Below, one piece after another: positions 1 through 10,665 of a stretch of 64,000 bases of DNA. The position numbers and the translations under genes were made by a program. This stretch comes from Lama guanicoe (lineage: Eukaryota). Numbering within the stretch: the first letter of the stretch is position 1; every line of letters begins with the position of its first letter. The DNA lies in NCBI GenBank assembly GCA_013239625.1, contig MU054323.1, positions 16,744,029 through 16,808,028 of the forward strand, read 5' to 3'. The notes below the pieces were generated by a model that saw nothing but the letters and a program-made list of their open reading frames with translations, made no database searches and was not told where the DNA came from.

Positions 1-449
1 AAAGAATAAAATATTGCCATTTACAATAACATGGATGGACCTGGAGATCGTCATTATAAGTGAAGTAAGCCAGAAAAAGAAAGAAAAATACCATATGATA
101 GCACTTATATGTGGAATCTTAAAAATGACAAATGAACTTATTTACAAAACAGAAACAGACTCACAGACATAGAAAACAAATTTATGGTTACCGGGAAGGG
201 GAAGAGGTGGGAAGTGGTAAATTGGGAGTTTGAGGTTTGCAGATACTAACTACTATACATAAAATAGATAAATGGCAAGTTTGTCCTGTGTAGCACAGGG
301 AACTGTATTTAATATCTTATAGTAACCTATAATAAAAAAGAATATGAAAGCAAATATATGTATTTATATGTGTGACTGAACTCTTATGCTGTACACCAGA
401 AATTGACACAACATTGTAAACTGATATAGATAAACTTCAATTAAAAAAA
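1..449 (+). mobile_element. LINE-1 3' end (ORF2 tail plus 3'UTR), cut by the window edge
   Basis: Typical L1 end: 'gccatttacaataacatggatggacctggag...aagtgaagtaagccagaaaaagaaagaaaaataccatatg...tgtggaatct', then a 3'UTR with a G-rich tract ending in an A run at ~443-449. Confidence 0.9.
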
Positions 450-605
450 GTGGGCTCTAAAACTGTTTTCAGAGAAAAGCAGATCTAGATAAATGAAGCA
501 ATGTATCCACCAGCACCTTATCAGTGCTTATCTTTGCATTGTGGAGAAAGGATGACGATCTTCCTTTCCTACTTTGTGCTCATCTGTATTTGCCAAATTT
601 CTTGG

Positions 606-670
606 GTGAGAATATATAACAAAGGATTTCTTCTGTGAGAATATATAACAAAGGATTTCTTTTGTGAGAA
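606..670. repeat. 29-bp tandem duplication (2 full units plus a partial third)
   Basis: 'gtgagaatatataacaaaggatttctt(c/t)t' starts at 606 and 635; a partial 'gtgagaa' starts at 664. Confidence 0.9.
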
Positions 671-1086
671 CATTATAATCAGAGAAAAAACTGTCTGTTC
701 TTTTTAAAGAGGTTTTTATTTAATCAATTTTCTTCTCACCAGAACACTGATTTCAGACACAGATGCCAGTATCAGAGGGTTCCAAAGGGAAGGAGAGGGA
801 GGGGGGAGAGCCTTCCCGGACCTGTCCTCTATGCTGATGAAATCTCAGGATAAGAAGCATCACAGGGAAGGATTCTAAAGCTTCTACCCTCAGCTGCCTT
901 CAAAGAGTGGTCACTGTATCCACGGCCAATGAGCAAAGCACGATGTGTGCTGTGGGAATCGTGGGGGTTAACAAAAGCTACAGATTCTTCTTAAGACAAC
1001 ACTAATGATAATAGTTATTTCTGAAGTTTAAAGTTCCTCACACATATTCAGAGCCTCATAAATATTGGGTAAGGAAAGAGACATTA

Positions 1087-1349
1087 TTTTTTTTTACATT
1101 TTTTATTGATTCATAATCATTTTACAGTGTTGTGTCAAATTCCAGTGTTCAGCACAATTTTTCAGTCATTCATGGACATATACACACTCATTGTCACATT
1201 TTTTTCTCTGTGATTTATCATAACATTTTGTGTATATTTCCCTGTGCTATACAGTGTAATCTTGTTTATCTATTCTACAATTTTGAAATCCCAGTCTATC
1301 CCTTCCCACCCTCTACCCCCCCCGCCCCGGTAACCACAAGTCTGTATTC
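1087..1349 (-). mobile_element. Young L1, 3'UTR-only insertion (~260 bp) with TSD
   Basis: Poly-T followed by sequence nearly identical to 41733-41985. Flanked by ggaaagagacatta (1073-1086) and gggaagagacatta (1350-1363). Confidence 0.9.
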
Positions 1350-2299
1350 GGGAAGAGACATTAGGCCAAGAAAAATTATTGGAAAATATTAAACAGCGAA
1401 ATTACCAATTAATGAATACTCAGCACAGTGCCGTCGACAGATTATTTTATGGTAGAGGACAGAATGACTCTCATACACTCTGCTTTTCCTGGAAGCATTC
1501 CTGGGTCTCCTGACCACCCAAGTCTTGTGGAATTCTCCCACATTTATCCCTGTTGTCACCGAGGAGAAGCGCTTTCTCTTCTGTTGACCTTCCAGCCTCT
1601 GGTGAGTCTGTCTCCCTCCCGCATGTACGGAAAGTACCCAGGAAACAACATGACCAAAAAATCCACATTTTCAGTCTCAAAGCAAAACCCCAAAGAAAAA
1701 AATGCCCAAAGCCTGATGGAATTTAAGGACCAGAGTTATTCGGGTCAGAAGCTAAAATGAAGTGGCCCACACCGCATTCTTCAAATAGGTGAAGGTTGGA
1801 GGCTGCCGGGTCCTGAGCAAGTAATGTTATGGAAGAGCACATCCAAGGGCGCCCCAGTGTTCACCCTCCTTTGAAGACAAACCACCCCCCATAATTAGAA
1901 ACAGCTTTATTCACCTGCCAGATGTCCATGCTTCCATTAGTGACAGTGTATAATGCTCTTTTTAAAAAAGAATCTGTCCAACCTTAAGAGTTCAGTCTGA
2001 TATGAAGATTGCAATCTGTTTATTCCTAAGGGCTGGGTTTTTTTTTTTTGGCAAGATAGCTATGTTTTTGATATGAACTTTTATCGCCAAAAATACTACC
2101 ACATACTTGGTTTCATCACAAAGAGCAGACAGTGTTACAAAAATTTTAACCAAATTATTCTGCATATACAAGCACACCCGTGGGCACACACACACACACA
2201 TTATATATAATATCATACCCTGAGTGCTTCCTAAGAAGAATGTGAGTAATCAAAATTTCTTGGAAGCACAGGGTCCATATCATGAGTAATAGTGCTTCT

Positions 2300-2740
2300 G
2301 AACTCTGCACTGGTCAGACCTCTTGGGAATGTAGTGTCAAGTTCTGGAAACCACATTTGGAAAGGGATATTGATCAATCAGAGAGCCTCCAGAGAGTGGG
2401 AGCAGCACAACCAGCACGGAATGCAGACTTCTTTAGGGCAGAGTCTGTGTCAGGGCCTCTCTTGTCCCCACTGTCCTCAGCACAGTGTCTTACACACAGA
2501 ACGTACTCAAAAATAGTTGTTGGACAAATGAATGAGTAAATGAATCCATATTTTATGTATAATTATTGAAGGAAGGACATCTGTTTAACCGGGAAAATAA
2601 AAGATCTGGAAGATATGACAGTTTGTTTCAAGCACTTGAAGGGTTATCATAGAGAAGAAGGCAGAGGTTTATTCTCTTTTATTCTTTGGACCAGAACTAG
2701 GGCTAATTAGTGAAAACTGCAGGAAGGTGGCTTTGACCCA
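2300..2740 (+). mobile_element. L3/CR1 relic interrupted by an L2 3'-end fragment (~2420-2545)
   Basis: 'ctctgcactggtcagacct...gttctggaaaccacatttggaaagggatattga' resembles CR1 RT-region sequence. The internal segment ends in the L2-type 'aatagttgttggacaaatgaatgagtaaatgaa'. Confidence 0.55.
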
Positions 2741-3529
2741 CCGTCATGACTGACCTGTGTGTCTACCTTGAGGAACTATGGGATGTTTGGTTACATTCCC
2801 GGGACTTGATTGTATTGTATTGTATTGTAAGGGTATAGAAAGAGAAATTTGGGCTTGTGCCAATTTAAGAGTTTGATCATGAAATCTTAATTGTGCACGG
2901 TACCAGACGATGCTGAGGGCAGGGTGGGCAGGTTAAAAACGCAGGACTTCTTCCCTTTTGAAGCATATAGTCGATTCAGGAATGCAGACCAGTAAGCAGG
3001 TAATTACAGGACCCACAGGGTGAGAAGGGTTCTCATAGCAGAAGTTCAGGCATCGACAGCAGTGGGTGCCCAGGGATCCCAGGAGGCTTAGACCAAGTGA
3101 AGGGATGGGGTGTGAGTCAGCACACAGGAAGGTCCAAGGCATGGGAGATGGACACTGTGGAGAGTCCCCCATCCCTGAGCATCTTTAAATCAGCCACATT
3201 TCCCACTAGCAGTTCCACTCACTCCTGGCCTGGGACATTTCCTCCTATTTTGGTCTTGGTGGCTGAGTTTTGCTTTCCAGTCTCTGATTTTCATTGTCAG
3301 GGCTTATTTTGAGGCTGGGGGTCTCTCTCATTCCTCCTCTCCTGGCCCATCCTTGAGGGAGATGTGCCTTTTGGAGACACCAAGCTCCTCAAATAGAGGG
3401 TGAACTTAGGACACCTGGTCATCTCAGCCACAGGGAGCACCACACGCGGGCCAGACGCAGTGTCCCTGAATCAACACCACGCCTCGGTGGAGCTACACTC
3501 AACCTGACCAGAAGGACACACACAAAGCA

Positions 3530-3668
3530 GCAGGATGATGAAAATGTCCTGGAATTAGATAGTGGTGATGGTTACACAGCCTTGTGAGTATGCTAAGCCA
3601 GTGACGCATACACCTTCAAATGGTGAATTTTATGGTAACTGACTTGTATCTCCAATAATTTTTTTAAA
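3530..3668 (+). mobile_element. Old L1 (L1MB/MC-like) 3'UTR fragment
   Basis: 'gatgatgaaaatgtcctggaattagatagtggtgatggttacaca...ggtgaattttatggta...tatctccaataa' is a recognisable L1M 3' terminus. Confidence 0.7.
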
Positions 3669-5249
3669 GCAACAAGAGAAGGCTGCTTGGGGAGGCTGAG
3701 CTGAAAATTCTCTGGTAAAACTTCCTGCTTTCCTTCTATTTACTGGAAGGAGAAGGATTTGTCTTTAGACAGAATATCTTTGCCATCTGTAGAAATTCCT
3801 AACACTCTACAGCCCCATTAAGGCATGAAAAAATGTGATTAGTGCTGATTCCATACCCAGTCTATTAATTAATACCTAAATAATATACATGCTGCAGTTT
3901 CATGATTTATCATTTTAAGCATACTTTCATATTTATTATCACAGGTGGCACTGTAGGGCTGGAGCATCTGGGGAAGACCTGAGACTTGGTCCTGGATTTT
4001 GCCATTAACCAAACTTCCGTGACCTTAAGGTCAAGATGGGGGGGCAGGTCACAGAACCTCTGGGTGTCTGTTTTCTCAACTCTAACACGAGGGGCTGGAC
4101 TCAATAGGCCCAGTTTGTCTCCATGATCTCTAACTTTCAAAATCTTCAGAACAAGCCTTACAAAAAACAGTAGGGAGGGATTAGTGTCCATGTTTTACCC
4201 ACGAAGAAATTAAGGACCAGGGAATTTAAAGGACTTCATAGTGTTTGAACGAGGACCAGAAGTCAGTTCCCCTGAGTTCCAGTCCGGTGTTTCAATGTGA
4301 GAGAAATGTGAACCGTCTGTGCCAGGAGTTCACCACCTAAGTTTATTCAGCTGAGGAGGTTTCGAGGCAAGATTGTATGTTGTTGTGACAGGTAAGCACT
4401 GGAGGCAGGAACATCAGAAAGGACGAGTGGGTCGGATCTGGGTCACGGCCACGGTGGAGGAGGCAATTCAGGAGAGGTTGTTTGCTGAGGAGCGTGCGTT
4501 CCCTAGAGCACAAGGAAAGTGAGAAGTTGCCAGGAAACCCGAGTTTTACAACTTGGCCATCAGCACACAACTGAGTTTTTACAGGAGATTGCCCAGTTCT
4601 TTGGCAATTTCATGTGGTGTAAATATGGCCTTGAAATTCTATATATTAGCTTAGCAAAAAGGAGAAACATCTTGAAACCCCTGGATTTGGGAAGTCTGCT
4701 TGCATTATTGTTGTAACTGTGTTCAGCAGAAAGTATAACATGAAATTATATTGCTGAAAACAACTAATTTTCTGATCTTTGAGACTTCTTAGTAACAAGT
4801 AGACCCCCAGCAGGGTGAAGGTGGAGTGGAAAAAGCAGTCCCTTCTGAATCAAAAAAAATTAGGTCTTTGCATTGCATCTAACTGACAGCTGTGTGTCCT
4901 TAGACAATTCAGTTAACCTCTCAGATCTTAACTTCCTCACTACAAGGAGGGAGTTAGAGGAGGTGGTCTTTAAAGCCCAGCTCGGCTCTAAAGTACCGTG
5001 ATCAGATGTCATATACTTCACCACATTCACCCGAAATCTAGGGTATTTCTGTCTCCTTCAGCCTGTACAAATGGAACCTTCCAGGTCACCCTCATTCCTC
5101 TTTGCCCCAGAAATGGGAAGCCCAGCCAGAGCCCACAGTCTGGTGCCACCTCCAAGAGCTCGCTACAGCAGATGACACCGTGTGGCTCTACCATGACTGT
5201 CTGCACTGCTAGGGAAAGTTACCGCGGGGGAACACATTACGCCTGACCT

Positions 5250-5395
5250 TGGCAGTGTAGTGCAGTAGCTAAGAGCATAGGCTCTGGTGTCTGACAGACC
5301 TGGGTGGAATCCTGAATCTGCCACATAATAGTGACCCTGGGCAAGGACATTCACCACGCCTGGTGACCAGTGAGTGCTTAATACACGTTAGCTGT
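5250..5395 (+). mobile_element. MIR SINE fragment
   Basis: 'ggcagtgtagtgcagtagctaagagcataggctctgg...cagacctggg...aatcctgaatctgccac...gtgaccctgggcaag' matches the MIR head and core. Confidence 0.7.
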
Positions 5396-6569
5396 GTCAG
5401 TTTCTATTCCAGAGGGACAGCATGGCCCTAGAAGACCATCATGAAATGGTAAATATCACACGGGCTGGATTTCTAAGAGGAAATGCTGTCTGTCCATCCC
5501 TCTCTTCTCCAACACCTCTGACAAAACTGTTTCCCGAAGGTAACAGGCCCAGCCAGACATGGAAAGGATGAAATTGTCTCCACCCAAGAGGAAGAACACC
5601 TGACTCAACATTTAAATGAGTTGCTTAAATTCTCATATGAAGGAGTAGAATAAAAGAGAAAGCAAACAAAGGGGGGGGGGCAGAATTGAAGAAACAAGAG
5701 AAGAAACAGTAGGTAGTGAATGAGATTAATGCTGATAATTTCTAATTGATGATAAAAGGCATTTCTTAGCAAATTTGGACCATTGTATCTAGAAGAAGGA
5801 GTGTATCAGCTAACTTACATTTCCACTTAGAGAAATGTATGTGTGTTTTTCTGCGTGTACAGTATGTTTAAAAATTAGGCATTGGGTGTTTTTAAATAAT
5901 AGGTGTATTTGGACACACACATTCCGTCTGATACCGTCTTTCTTCATCTCTTCCATATGTCATTGATTTTCTCACCAGCTTCAGACTCTGAGCACATACT
6001 GCACCTGGTACCTTGGCACCAACTGCCGGTGGCCTCACATGAACCTTTTACCACTGTGGATGGCAGAGCAACTCAGAGTCCAATGCTCGTCTGTGCAGGC
6101 CTGTGGCTGCCACATTCTGATGTGTTAAAGCCGTAGTAAGTTGCTAAACCCTGAGCTCTTCATCCAGATGCCCTTGGTTCAGCTTTTGACCTCATCATTT
6201 CCTAGATGTGTGACCTGTGATAATTATTTCCTTCTCAGAGGCTCCGTTTCTACATCTCTAAAATGGGGAATGATTGTACTTGCTTCTGAGGGTCACAAAT
6301 TGAATGAGATAGTATATGGCAAGCACTCAGCCCAATATACACCTGCAGGCAATGATCAATATATATTTAATGCATATGTTCTTTCTCTGGGGACCATGGG
6401 ATGTAGGATCTTATAATTGGTTCCAAGTTCAAGGATGTGAGTTAATGTAAATATCATTTAAGAATGTGGAGGCGATGGGTTTTAGAGGATACAGGCCATG
6501 GCCCCTATCCCATATCAATTTAATACTTATTTTCCAGTGTAATACCATGAATCTCAGAAGACAAAATAA

Positions 6570-6667
6570 TTTTTATTTTTAATTTTTTTTTATGGAGGCC
6601 CTGGAGATTGAACTCAGCACCTCATGCATGCGGAACACTTATACTACCACTGAGCTATACCCTCCCC
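6570..6667 (-). mobile_element. tRNA-derived SINE (camelid Vic-1-like), short type
   Basis: Reverse complement begins ggggagggtatagctcagtggtag (A box), carries gagttcaatctcc (B box) and ends in an A-rich tail. Confidence 0.9.
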
Positions 6668-6705
6668 TATAAGAAAATAAATTTTGTAACAAACAGAAAC
6701 ACGAT

Positions 6706-6850
6706 GGGGGTGAGGGTATAGCTCAGTGGAAGAGTGCACGCCTAGCATGTACCAGGTCCTGGGTTCAATCTCCAGTATGTCCATTAAAAACAAGCAAATA
6801 AATAAATAAATAAACCTAATTACCTCACCCCCACCAAAAAGAATTAAAAA
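6706..6850 (+). mobile_element. tRNA-derived SINE (Vic-1-like), long type
   Basis: gggggtgagggtatagctcagtgg...ggtcctgggttcaatctcc, then (aaat)n, the 'cctaattacctcaccccc' motif and an A tail. Confidence 0.9.
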
Positions 6851-7104
6851 GTTAAAGTGCAATTGAGACTGATAAAAGGTACTTAATTTAAAAAGAGATT
6901 TAGAAAAATTTTAAAAGGAAGCATGACAGAAACATCAAATTATTTCCATTTAGCCATGCAAATTGTAAAAACAAATAACAATTCTATTTGCTTGGCCTTA
7001 ATTTAAAAGAACAAATTTCCTGCAAGAAAAGATAAATAAAAGCAAAGGAAAACATTGACTGCCATCTGTGGAAGAAGCACTAATTTGAGACTTTTTCAAA
7101 ATGT

Positions 7105-7720
7105 TCTTACTGTGGTAAAATACACACATAACCTAAAATTTACCATCTTAACCATTTTTTGTGGGTACAGTTCAGTGGTATTAAATGCATTTATATTGTT
7201 GCACAACCATCACCACCATCCAACTCCAGAACCCTTTTCATCTCACAGAACTGAAGTTCTGTACCCATTACACAGTAACTCCCTATTTCCTCTCCCCTCT
7301 GAGTCCCAGGGAACCACCATTCTGCTTTCTGTCCCCATGATTTTGACTATTCTAAGTACCTCGTAAAAGTGGAATGAAACAGTATTTGTGGTTTTTTGAT
7401 TGGTTTATTTCACTTAACATAATGTCCTCCGGGTTCATCCATGTTACAGCAGGTGTCAGAATTTCCTTCCTTTTCAAGGCTGAATAATATCCCATTTATA
7501 TACCACATTTTGCTTATTCATTCATCCATCAATGGGCCTTGGTTGCTTCTAAATGATTGTGAATCCTGCTGCCATGGACGTGGATATACAAATACCTATT
7601 CAAGATCCTGCTTTCAGTTCTTTTGAATATGTACACAAAAGGGGAGTTGCTAGATCATTTTACAATTCTATTTCTAACTTTTTGAGGAAACACTATGCTG
7701 TGTTCTAAAGTGGCCGATCC
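7105..7720 (-). mobile_element. Old L1 (L1MB-like) 3' end
   Basis: 'tgtggtaaaatacacacataacctaaaatttaccatcttaaccattttt...tacagttcagtggtattaa...cacttaacataatgtcctcc' is the antisense L1MB terminus. Confidence 0.85.
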
Positions 7721-10485
7721 AATTGTTATCCTGCCCATCCCCACCATTTTTTTCACAATATGCACATAAAAAGTAAAATTGCCAATTAGTATACCACGCA
7801 GAGTGCTAAGTGCTTTTTCGGCCCAGTCTCATTTAATTATCTCAGCCCTATGAGTAGGTGTATTAGTGTTGTGCCGATTTTACGGTGAGGAGATGGACCA
7901 GGTCAGAGGGGGGCGATGGGATTCACACCCAGTCAGCCTTGCTCCAGTGCCCGTGTTCTCATCCCTGCAGTGCCGCCTCTGGTCTGGGTTGTCAAATTTC
8001 AGGGACCCAGAGCCCCTGGTTTGGGTAGAAGGGAAAGGTGGTGTGCTGAGAAGAAGTCTAATGCACACCTAGGGCTGACGTTGGAACAGAGACTGCGTGC
8101 AGAGCCAGGGGTAACGGAACCATGACAAAAACTGAAATTAAGCAGTTTTGTTTTTAAAATTGATAGGCGCAATAGGGGATAAATGCAAATCTCATTTCTC
8201 TCACCATCCCACCCCACAGGCACTTTTGGTAGTTTTGATAGCTTTGAAGCTCGGAAAGATGGGATGCTGCTTAAACTTGAGTCCTCTTAAGCAGCTCAAT
8301 ACAGCATGGAGCCAGGTGTTCTCTGGGCCAAATTGTTTTCCCCCCAAACATTGCAGTGAGGCAGCCTTCTCATCATGTGAGGTTCTCGTATGGTTCTTTC
8401 CCACCTACTCTGTAAGATTGAAAGTGCTTTTATATAGAGAACCTCGCGATCTAACCAATTCACCCGAAAAGTAGGCAGTGGACAGCTATTGTGATTTCCA
8501 ATTTATGGACTGAGAATTTGAGATACACAGAAAGAAACAAAGCCACTCTGCAATTTGGAAAACCATCTGTGATGCTATAAAAATGTCTCACTGGACTCTT
8601 GACCACATAGATCATTATTTTTATTGCCCTCTCCTTAGATGAGATGTGGCTTAGTTTGAGAGAGTTGTTTATAGTTTGGCAAGCTATTAAGTAAGAGAAC
8701 CTAATTTCAATTCTCCCTTCTGGTGGGTGGTAATAATAAAGGGAATTTAGTTTAGGGGAAGAGGAAATGATAAGAACAGGGAGGAAATGTTCAACTTAAG
8801 AATTTTGTTCGGAAGTCTTTAGGATAATCTGTGTATTTAATTTAACCAACTGGGGGTCAGATGGAGTGGGTTGAATTCCTAAGCCACCACTGTGACCACA
8901 CGGTTCTTGTCGGTTGCCACAACCCCCTTCCCATGACTGAGTTAGCACCCATGCCGTGAGCACGTGCATCACTGGGGCATCACGGAGGAGAGGGCCCAGA
9001 AGCAGAGGAGAGATGAACAGCTCATTTCTTTTATCTTCCTCAATGTTTCTTGCTCCCTCTCTGTTGTTGGCACTCATTTTTCATTTCATCCCATTTCCTC
9101 TTTTTTCCGTTTCGTTTCCCCATTTTGGGACAGTGAGAGGTCACGGTCTTTCTGCCAACGGTTGCGACACTCTTGGTAGTCGTGGCAGCCACGAAGCCAG
9201 GGCCAGACCCCTCTAGCAGCCTGGAGGGAGTGTCTGGTCTTCAGCGGGAGGCTGACTGCTGAGAAAAGAAACCTCTTCCATTTTCTGCAACCAAACTAAG
9301 GACTTGGTGGTCTATAGAAGGAGCAATGGAGGGGCTTGGTTAGTTACAGCAGCCTCTGTGAGGCTCTGTTTCTTTATCTGTAAACGAGGGAACTGTCTGC
9401 CTGGTGATGGAGAACTTTATACGATCCCACTAAACTCCAAAATAATGTTGTGATATTAGTGTGATTTATGACTTACAAATAAAGTAATCAGCACACCACT
9501 TTTTTAGCACATACACACAAAATTCATTGCTAAAATGCTCTGTGTGAAAACGAAAATGAAGGCTACATGATGAAACTAAACAAATACAAGAATTTTGTTA
9601 AAATGCCTCTCTTCTCCCCTTCGCCTGTCTTTAACCAAACCACCCTCCTCCAGAATAGTCCCCAGAGTATGAGACGCCACCCCGGCATGAGAGGACTGTG
9701 GACGTTTGTAGTGACTCTCCACGTGGAGGCTGTTATAATACCCCGCAAAGGCGTGGAGCTGGGTTTGCGAACACTTTCCCCCGTCAGTTTTGAGCATTGA
9801 CCCAGACTCCTGGTGCTAACACGGGAATCGGTGCTGAGGACTTTTGAGCAATCAGTCACCCTTTCTAACACATGATTCTCTTGGAAACAAGAAGATATGA
9901 CACAACAGTGGCAATTCCCTGCAATGGTTTGGATTTAGATTTTTGCCTCAGAGTTCAGGCGTGGTAAATATTAGGAGGGTAAACGCGGTTTAAGGTGATC
10001 TGCTATCCCCTGGGCCACTGTAGATGGAAAGGGTTTGCAGTTCTGTCGTCTGGGCCACCTCTGAGTGAAGGCACGGGCCTGTTTCATGACAAGATCTAAA
10101 TCACATTTGCCCAAATGTGATCACAGCTGTAGCCACCTCAAAGCAACTGGTAATCAGCTTAGCAATATTGGTAACTAGATTTGTTTTATGTGAGACACAA
10201 ATGTGAATCCCTCGTTCTTTTTATTTTTGGTTTAGTGTGATGCCCAAATAGTTAAGATTCTCTACTGTGAGCACCATCATTCCAGCTCCATGGACCGACT
10301 AGGTGTATAAGATGGAAACTCTTGCTGTAAACATTAAGGGCTTACAGCCTCCCCGTTGGACCACCCTGGTTTTCTCATCAGAATCAACTGGAGAAAATGG
10401 ACTGCGACCCCCACCCCGTACTAGGGACACTGAGCAAGAGCAAGGATAACCCCTTGCCTCCAGAAAAAGTGGTCTTACTCTGACT

Positions 10486-10665
10486 CAGGAGCCAGCAAAC
10501 TGTTTCCAGAAAGGGCCAGATACTACATGTTTTTGCCTTTGTGGGCCTTTCAGTCTTTGTTACCCGGCTGTGCCATTGGCAAACAGTCATTAGACAATAC
10601 ATTTATATGAATGGGCATGGTCGGATTTGGCCTGCAACCCCTAGGCTGTGGTTTGCTGGCCCCTG
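10486..10665. mobile_element. MER58A-like hAT-Charlie MITE
   Basis: Terminal inverted repeats caggagccagcaaac / gtttgctggcccctg. Homologous to 61677-61884. Confidence 0.8.

Noticed and set aside
7965..7990. CTCF-like motif (also near 22825 and 27770)
   Set aside because: Matches to the CCASYAGRKGGCR core need gaps or several mismatches; not supportable without a PWM scan or ChIP data.
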